NCBI GenBank assembly: GCA_040905225.1
Contig: JBBDRY010000110.1
Location: forward strand, 26,395 to 90,394
Origin: Chloroflexota bacterium
GTDB taxonomy: Bacteria; Chloroflexota; Limnocylindria; Limnocylindrales; CSP1-4
Reading direction: 5' to 3'
DNA length: 64,000 nucleotides
Positions 57,809 through 64,000 of this stretch are shown here, one piece after another. Every line of letters begins with the position of its first letter. The stretch's first letter is position 1. Both the position numbers and the translations under genes were made by a program. The notes beneath the pieces were generated by a model, which was given only the letters and a program-made list of their open reading frames with translations, made no database searches and was not told the DNA's origin.

Positions 57809-58422
57809 CCCGAAAGCGACTGTCGGACGCCGGCCCTGGCCGGGAGCCGACCGCTTCGCGCTCAGCAGGGGCCGAAGGCCCGCTGCGGAGGAAGGTCGAC
57901 CGCGACGGCCTCGCTCGTGATCTGGTCGCCGCGGCCGTCCTGCGCGGCACATTCACGCTCCGGTCGGGGCAGACGAGCAGCTACTACATCGACAAGTACC
58001 GACTGACGACCGAGCCTGGGCTGCTCTCGCGCATCACCGATCGACTGGCCGAGATGGTTCCCGAAGGCATCGAGCGTGTCGCGGGCACCGCACTCGGTGC
58101 AGTCCCGCTGGCGACCGCGCTGTCGCTCGCGACCGGCCTGCCATCCGTGTTCGTGCGCGTCGACGCGGCGAAGGACCACGGGACGGGGAAGTCGATCGAG
58201 GGCCGGCTTGACGCAGGCGATCGCGTGGCGCTGGTAGAGGACGTTGTTACCACGGGCGGAGCGAGCCTGACCGCGGTTGAGCTGCTGAACGCGGCAGGTG
58301 CGCAGGTCGTGGCCGTGATCGCCGTGGTCGACCGTGAGGAGGGCGGCCGGGAGCGGTTTGTCGATGCCGGCATCTCGTTCCGCCCGCTTTTCACGGTGAC
58401 GGAGCTCGGAATCGGCGACTGA
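57805..58422 (+). CDS. orotate phosphoribosyltransferase-family protein (PyrE-like)
   Basis: LRGTFTLRSGQTSSYYID and the PRPP loop LVEDVVTTGGAS. TTGA overlap with the DHOD-like gene. Start uncertain. Confidence 0.75.
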   Translation: MTRKRLSDAGPGREPTASRSAGAEGPLRRKVDRDGLARDLVAAAVLRGTFTLRSGQTSSYYIDKYRLTTEPGLLSRITDRLAEMVPEGIERVAGTALGAVPLATALSLATGLPSVFVRVDAAKDHGTGKSIEGRLDAGDRVALVEDVVTTGGASLTAVELLNAAGAQVVAVIAVVDREEGGRERFVDAGISFRPLFTVTELGIGD

Positions 58423-58454
58423 GCTCGCTCTAGGCGCGCAGCAGAGCCCAGGGG

Positions 58455-59411
58455 CTACTGCGCAGACCGAAATAGCCGCGCCACCAGCGCAAAGGTTCCC
58501 GTGGCCAAGGCGATACCGGTGAGGACCAGCGCTGCGCCGGCGAGCTGGAGGGGGGAGAGCGACTCGCCGAGGACCGGTACTGCCAGGATTGCTGCCGTCA
58601 ACGGGTTGAGCATCAGGTAAGCCGAACCCTCCGATGTCGGCAGTCGACGATGGCTCTCGGCCAGCAGGATCGTCGCGATGGCACCCGCAACGATGCCCAA
58701 CCAGAGGACGGCCAGCCATGCGTCGGGCGGCGGCGACGGTCTGACCAGCGGGTCGCCGGCGGCTATCGCGAGCAGGAGGCCGGACACGCCGAGGAGCGCG
58801 AAATTGGTGAACGTGATCTGGGTCGGCCTGATGCCCCACGGCCGCTGCCACCGTCGCGACAGAAGCATGAATAGCGCCGTTCCTACGGCGGTAGCCCCCG
58901 CCACGAGCGCACCCTCGACGCGGATGCCCGCGACATCGAAGCCGGCGATCAGGAGCGTTCCAGTGAAGGCAAGTCCGAGGCCGGCGACCGCGGCGACCCG
59001 TAGCGGCTCGCGCAGGACGAGCGGCGCGGCGGCCGAGGCCAGCACCGGATATGCGCCTGCGATGAAGGCCGTGATCGCCGCACCGGTCAGCATGATCGAG
59101 ACGTTCATCCCGATCCCGAACGCAGCGCCTCCGAGAAGGCCGAGCACTACCAGGCGGACGAGCCAGCCCCGCCTCGACGGCGCCGCTCCGGTCGGCGGCG
59201 TCGATGCCGCGTTGCTCGGGCGTCGCAGCCACAGGATCGCGGGCACGAGCACCACGACGGTCACGAGGGAACGCCACGCCGCGAGGGCGAACGGGGAGAA
59301 GCCGTGCAGCGCGACACCTGTGGCGACCCACGACGTCCCGTAGAGCACCGCGGCTCCTATGGCTGACGCCGGCCCGCCCCATCCGTGGCGGCGCTCGTGG
59401 GCTGCGGTCAC
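58455..59411 (-). CDS. DMT/EamA-family transporter (second copy)
   Basis: 318 aa, ten TM segments, two EamA halves. Confidence 0.7.
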   Translation of the reverse strand: MTAAHERRHGWGGPASAIGAAVLYGTSWVATGVALHGFSPFALAAWRSLVTVVVLVPAILWLRRPSNAASTPPTGAAPSRRGWLVRLVVLGLLGGAAFGIGMNVSIMLTGAAITAFIAGAYPVLASAAAPLVLREPLRVAAVAGLGLAFTGTLLIAGFDVAGIRVEGALVAGATAVGTALFMLLSRRWQRPWGIRPTQITFTNFALLGVSGLLLAIAAGDPLVRPSPPPDAWLAVLWLGIVAGAIATILLAESHRRLPTSEGSAYLMLNPLTAAILAVPVLGESLSPLQLAGAALVLTGIALATGTFALVARLFRSAQ

Positions 59412-59452
59412 GTGCTCACGGTAACTTCTTCACATCCGCCGGGGCGGCTAAT

Positions 59453-59462
59453 CTGCATGCAG
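59453..59462. promoter_or_regulatory. 10-bp palindrome CTGCATGCAG ~90 nt upstream of ubiX
   Basis: Read directly in the 170-bp divergent intergenic region. Confidence 0.15.
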
Positions 59463-59550
59463 TCGCATCCGAGACGTCCCGCCGCGACGGTAGTCTGTTC
59501 CGGGAGGAGAGAGCACCTGTGATCTTTCAGCGGCAGGCAGGGACCGCTCG

Positions 59551-60165
59551 GTGACGGACGGTTCGCCCAGGCGGATCGTGGTCGGGATGTCCGGCTCCAG
59601 CGGCGCGATTTTCGGTATCCGCCTCCTGGAGGTGCTTTCCCGGGTCCCGGAGCTCGAGACCCACCTCGTGATGAGCACCGCGGCCGCACAGACGATCGCC
59701 CTCGAGACCGACTACAAGCCGCGCGACGTCGAGGCGCTGGCGACCAGGAGCTACAAGATCGGCGACATCGCCGCATCGCTGTCGAGCGGCTCGTTCCGGA
59801 CTGATGGCATGATCGTCGTGCCCTGCTCGATGAAGTCCGTAGCGGCCATCGCCTACGGCTACGACGAGAACCTGCTCTCGCGGGCAGCGGACGTGACGCT
59901 CAAGGAGAGGCGCCGGCTGATCGTCTGCCCCAGGGAGACGCCGCTCCACCTGGGCCACCTCCGGGCGCTCACCCAGCTGGCCGAGATCGGCGCGATCGTC
60001 GCGCCGCTGATGCCGGCGTTCTACGGCCGACCAAGCTCGATCGACGATCTCGTGGACCACCAGGTCGGACGCCTGCTCGACCTGATCGGTGTGAACGTCG
60101 AGGGGCTGGCCTTTCGCTGGCAGGGCGCGAAGAGCGCGTCGCCGGAGGCTAAGGCCGATGACTGA
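59551..60165 (+). CDS. ubiX: flavin prenyltransferase UbiX (prFMN synthase)
   Basis: [22 protein letters not shown]...[19 protein letters not shown]...[13 protein letters not shown] aligns across the whole E. coli UbiX length. 204 aa. Confidence 0.9.
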   Translation: MTDGSPRRIVVGMSGSSGAIFGIRLLEVLSRVPELETHLVMSTAAAQTIALETDYKPRDVEALATRSYKIGDIAASLSSGSFRTDGMIVVPCSMKSVAAIAYGYDENLLSRAADVTLKERRRLIVCPRETPLHLGHLRALTQLAEIGAIVAPLMPAFYGRPSSIDDLVDHQVGRLLDLIGVNVEGLAFRWQGAKSASPEAKADD

Positions 60166-61452
60166 CTTCGATCTCGTCGTTCGCAACGGCACCGTCGTCA
60201 CGAGCAACCGGCGACGCGAGGTCGACATCGGTGTGATCGATGGCCGTATCGCATCCATCTCTCGACGCGGCGGACTGAGCGGGACAGGTGACGAGGAGAT
60301 CGACGCGACCGGTCACTATGTCCTTCCCGGCGTCATCGACGGCCACGTCCAGTTCCGCGAGCCGGGCATGGAATACAAGGAAGACTGGATGACCGGCTCC
60401 CGCGCCGCCGTGATGGGCGGCGTCACGACGGTGCTGGACATGCCGAACACCATTCCCCAGACGAGCACGCCCGAGGGCGCGCGGGTGAAGCAGGGGCCGA
60501 GCAGGGCCTGGTCGTCGGCATCAAGGCTTTCCTTGGCATCACCATCGGTGGCATTCCGGCACCGCATGACGGCGCGGTGCTCGACGGCATGCGCGCCATC
60601 CAGAGCGTTGGCCTGCGCCTCGGGTTCCACGCCGAGAACAACGACGTGATGGCGAACGAGATCCGCAAGCTCCAGGAGCAGGGACGCAACGACCCGCTGG
60701 CGCACGTCGAATCGCGGCCCGTGATCGCCGAGGTCGAGTCAATCCAGCGCATGGGCCTTTTCGCCAAGCACACCGGCTGCAGGGTCCACATATTCCATCT
60801 CTCGTCCATGCACGGGCTCGAAATGATCGACGAATGGCGGGACAAGGGCGTCGACTTCACCTGCGAGACGGGCGCCCACTACTGCTTCCTGACGTCCGAC
60901 AACATGAAGGAGCTGGGCCCGATCCTGCGCATGAACCCACCGGTCCGCGAAGCCGGCCACGGCGACGCGCTGGTGGTCGGTCTGGCCGATGGACGGGTCA
61001 CCTCGATCGCTACCGACCACTCCCCGCACACGCGCGAGGAAAAGCTCAATCCCGACATCTGGAAGGCGATCAGCGGGTTTGCCGGCGTCGAGACTTCGGT
61101 GCGCCTGTTCCTGACCTACGGCGTCAACGCGGGCCGCATGACGCTGGAGCAGTTCGTTCGCGCGTCCTCGGAGGGACCCGCCAAGACGTGGTCGATGTGG
61201 CCGCGCAAAGGTGCGTTGGAAATTGGCTCGGACGCAGATTTCACGATCATCGATCTTGAGAAGGAAGGCGTCATCCGCGAGGCCGAGCTGCACGGCAAGA
61301 ACAACATCAACCCGTTCGAGGGCCACGCGACGAAGGGCATGGCAGTGGCCACTGTTGTGCGCGGCAGAGTGCAGATGCGCGACGGCGAGCTCACCGGCGA
61401 ACAGGGTTTGGGCCGGCTGATCTCTCCGCTCGTGCCGGTCGCGGCGGGCTGA
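60158..61452 (+). pseudogene. dihydroorotase-like cyclic amidohydrolase, copy 2, with a 1-nt frameshift in a G-homopolymer (probable assembly error)
   Basis: ORF 60158..~60500 ([23 protein letters not shown]...MPNTIPQT) and ORF 60577..61452 join if GGGG at 60493-60496 is read as GGGGG (…[17 protein letters not shown]…). 8-nt overlap with ubiX. Confidence 0.75.
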
Positions 61453-61476
61453 CCAACGGACGAGCAAATCGATCGT

Positions 61477-61674
61477 TTGCAGACGCTGTTCCTCGACGGC
61501 GTCATAGACGGAGTGGCGCTGGTCGCCGCCGACGCGAACGCATGTTCCGTGTGCGCCGAAGTCACCGACCGGGCGTACCTCCCCACGCAGCTGCCGCGCC
61601 TGCCGATCTATGGCTGCACCTCGGCGCGGGGATGTCGCTGCCGCTATGAGCCGGGCTTCACCGTGGTTGAGTAG
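61477..61674 (+). CDS. small cysteine-rich protein, paralog 2 (65 aa, unknown family)
   Basis: VIDGVALVAADANACSVCAEV...CTSARGCRCRYEPGFTVVE. Lies between the amidohydrolase and the MoxR gene. Confidence 0.5.
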   Translation: MQTLFLDGVIDGVALVAADANACSVCAEVTDRAYLPTQLPRLPIYGCTSARGCRCRYEPGFTVVE

Positions 61675-61683
61675 ATTCGGCTG

Positions 61684-62568
61684 ATGGACAGCATCGACGC
61701 CGTCGAATCGGGCCTGCGCGAGCGTGGCTACGTCGCTGACCGTGCCCTCGCCACCGCAGTCTTCCTCGGGCTGCGCCTCGGCCGTCCGTTGCTGCTGGAG
61801 GGCGAGGCGGGCGTCGGCAAGACAGAGCTCGCCAAGGTCCTCGCTGAGGCGCTCGGCACGCGGCTGATACGGCTCCAGTGCTACGAGGGCCTGGACGTCA
61901 ACAACGCGGTGTACGAATGGAATTATCCGCGCCAGATGCTCGAGATTCGGCTGCTCGAGGCGCGCGGGATGGCCGACCAGGCCGCCAGGCAGATCTTCGG
62001 CCCCGACTTCCTCATCCGGCGGCCGCTTCTCCAGGCGCTGGAGGCGGTCGATGGCAAGCCGCCCGTCCTGCTCATCGACGAGGTCGACAGGGCCGACGAG
62101 CCCTTCGAGGCCTACCTGCTCGAGATCCTGTCCGACTACCAGGTGACGGTGCCCGAGATCGGCACGATCAAGGCCGAAACGCCGCCGCACGTGATCCTCA
62201 CGTCGAACCGGACTCGCGAGGTCCACGACGCGTTGAAGCGCCGCTGCCTGTACCACTGGATCGACTACCCGTCGAGCGAACGAGAAGTCGAGATAGTGCT
62301 GTCGCGCATTCCCGAAGCGCCGCGTGTGCTCGTGGGGCAGGTGGTGGCCTTCGTCCAGGGTCTACGGCAGGGGGACCTCTCGAAGTTGCCCGGCGTGGCG
62401 GAGACGCTCGATTGGGCGGCCGCGCTGATGGCCCTGGGCGCGGGCGAGCTCGACGATCCGGTGGTCGACGCGACCCTGGGCGTGATCCTGAAGTACGAAG
62501 AGGACGTGCACCGCGTCCGCGGAGACGAGGCGGGCCGGCTGGTCGCGGCCGCGCGCGAGGTGGCTTGA
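61684..62568 (+). CDS. MoxR-type AAA+ ATPase (CoxD-like Mo-hydroxylase maturation factor)
   Basis: Walker A GEAGVGKTE, Walker B LLIDEVDRA. 294 aa. Confidence 0.8.
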   Translation: MDSIDAVESGLRERGYVADRALATAVFLGLRLGRPLLLEGEAGVGKTELAKVLAEALGTRLIRLQCYEGLDVNNAVYEWNYPRQMLEIRLLEARGMADQAARQIFGPDFLIRRPLLQALEAVDGKPPVLLIDEVDRADEPFEAYLLEILSDYQVTVPEIGTIKAETPPHVILTSNRTREVHDALKRRCLYHWIDYPSSEREVEIVLSRIPEAPRVLVGQVVAFVQGLRQGDLSKLPGVAETLDWAAALMALGAGELDDPVVDATLGVILKYEEDVHRVRGDEAGRLVAAAREVA

Positions 62569-63842
62569 TCCAGCTCGACCCGGAGCGGCTGCTGGCCGCC
62601 GCGGTCGGGTTCGGACGCGAGCTGCGTGCCGCGGGCGTGGCGGTGGCGATGCCGCAGACGCTCGATTTCGTCCGCGCGCTCGGCGTGATGGACCTCGGTG
62701 AGCGCGCGGACGTGCGTTCAGCGAGCCGGTCGATCCACGTTCGACGCCGCGAGGACGTCGAGGTCCACGACGCGCTGTTCGATTCTTTCTGGTCCGCGCG
62801 TCGGGAATTGATCGTCTCGAAGCCATCGTCGGAGGCGCCCCACCGAGGCGCATCAGGCCAGGGACCGGACGGATCGGTGACGCCTCCACGGAGAGCCCAC
62901 CCAGGTACGGCCCGCGACTCCACATCGGCCGCGCCGGCGTTCGTCGTTTCGCGGCGGAGCTACAGCCGAGAGGAGCTTCTTCGCCAGCGCGACTTCGACC
63001 GAATGACGCCCGACGAGTTACGGGAGGCAGAGCGCCTGTTCGATCGGCTGGCCACGAGCCTTGCAACGCGTCCGGCGCGCCGCTACGAGATACACGCTCA
63101 CGGCACTCGACTCGCGCCGCGTCCGATGCTCCGGCGCAGCGTCGCGACCGGCGGTGAGCTCGTGGACTGGCTCTGGCGCAGACCGCGCGTGGTTCCGCGA
63201 CCGGTGACACTGCTCATCGACGTGAGCGGCTCGATGGAGTCGCACGCCCGCATGATGTTGCGCTTCGCCCATTCGCTGCGGCGCGTGAATCGACGAGCCG
63301 AGGTGTTCGTCTTCGGCACGCGCCTGACCCGCGTCACCCGGGCCTTAGCTGCGCGAAATGCGGACGAGGCGCTCGCGCGCGTTTCGACCGAGGTTGCGGA
63401 CTGGTCGGGCGGCACGCGCATCGGTGACTGCCTGCGCGAATACAACAATCGTTGGGCGCGACGCGTTGGGTCGTCGGACGGCATCGTCGTCGTGATGAGC
63501 GATGGCTGGGACCGCGGCGACCCGGATCTGGTGGGTACGGAAGCGATGCGGCTGCGTCGGAATTGCCGCCGCCTGCTGTGGCTAAACCCGCTCGCCGCCG
63601 CGGCCGGATTCGAGCCACTCGCGGCCGGGATGGCCGCTGCCGCGCGGCACGTAGATCGGCTGTTGCCGGCCGGCTCGCTCGATGACCTCGAGGATCTTGC
63701 TGGGCTACTGACCGCGACTCGCTGGGGCGGTCGCCCGTCGCCGCAGCGGCAAACCTCTCCGGAGTCGACGCCTGCAATCAAGGCTCGGACCGTAGACAGG
63801 GTGGCTGCGGATCGACGACCAGACGCGACGAGCCCACTCTAG
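62565..63842 (+). CDS. VWA-domain protein (CoxE-like)
   Basis: MIDAS motif LLIDVSGSM. TTGA overlap with the MoxR gene. ~425 aa. Confidence 0.7.
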   Translation: MIQLDPERLLAAAVGFGRELRAAGVAVAMPQTLDFVRALGVMDLGERADVRSASRSIHVRRREDVEVHDALFDSFWSARRELIVSKPSSEAPHRGASGQGPDGSVTPPRRAHPGTARDSTSAAPAFVVSRRSYSREELLRQRDFDRMTPDELREAERLFDRLATSLATRPARRYEIHAHGTRLAPRPMLRRSVATGGELVDWLWRRPRVVPRPVTLLIDVSGSMESHARMMLRFAHSLRRVNRRAEVFVFGTRLTRVTRALAARNADEALARVSTEVADWSGGTRIGDCLREYNNRWARRVGSSDGIVVVMSDGWDRGDPDLVGTEAMRLRRNCRRLLWLNPLAAAAGFEPLAAGMAAAARHVDRLLPAGSLDDLEDLAGLLTATRWGGRPSPQRQTSPESTPAIKARTVDRVAADRRPDATSPL

Positions 63843-64000
63843 GTCGTCGCTCGTGACCGTCGCGAGGAGAACACGGCCGTCGACGGCCAGCATCCCCGAG
63901 AGAATCCTGGACGCTCTCGACTGTGGCGGCGCATCGCTCGTCGTCGCCCAGCCGCCGAGTCTAGCTGGCAGGTCGTCGAGAGGAGTCCCCGCTTCCGGTC

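Noticed and set aside
59383-59550. FMN riboswitch upstream of ubiX
   Set aside because: The region lacks the conserved FMN-element sequence blocks. Only a short palindrome is present.
1-64000. CRISPR arrays, tRNA/rRNA genes, IS elements or integrases
   Set aside because: I found no spaced direct repeats, no cloverleaf-like conserved tRNA sequences in the few intergenic stretches, and no transposase or recombinase motifs. The only tandem repeats are inside coding sequence.

Overview
This is a high-GC (~70%) bacterial chromosomal segment with almost no non-coding space. It carries an F420-type LLM oxidoreductase and many 4-nt start/stop overlaps, so it is probably an actinobacterium or a Chloroflexi-like organism. 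It contains no rRNA, tRNA, CRISPR, transposase or integrase that I could detect. Nearly every gene fits a catabolic supercluster for carboxylated aromatic or N-heteroaromatic compounds. The main components are:
- three xanthine-dehydrogenase-family molybdenum hydroxylase large/small subunit pairs, with a single FAD subunit and CoxG, CoxD and CoxE accessory genes;
- three UbiD-family (prFMN) decarboxylases, plus the UbiX flavin prenyltransferase and a type-2 IPP isomerase;
- two dihydroorotase-like cyclic amidohydrolases, each directly downstream of a UbiD/UbiX gene;
- an operon of PyrD-like and PyrE-like genes with a 4-oxalocrotonate tautomerase and an isochorismatase-family gene;
- a hydantoinase A/B, family-III CoA-transferase and citryl-CoA-lyase-like operon;
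- a PrpF-like isomerase, PEP-mutase/isocitrate-lyase-family lyase, RraA-like aldolase and LLM operon;
- two ABC importers, MFS and DMT transporters, a GntR regulator, and several alpha/beta hydrolases, a bicupin, an SDR, a TPP enzyme and an asparaginase.
Also present are a duplicated small cysteine-rich protein of no family I recognise, a standalone DUF262 protein, and a low-GC islet carrying a secreted metzincin. At least four genes are broken by single-base homopolymer indels. That pattern looks like assembly error rather than true pseudogenes.
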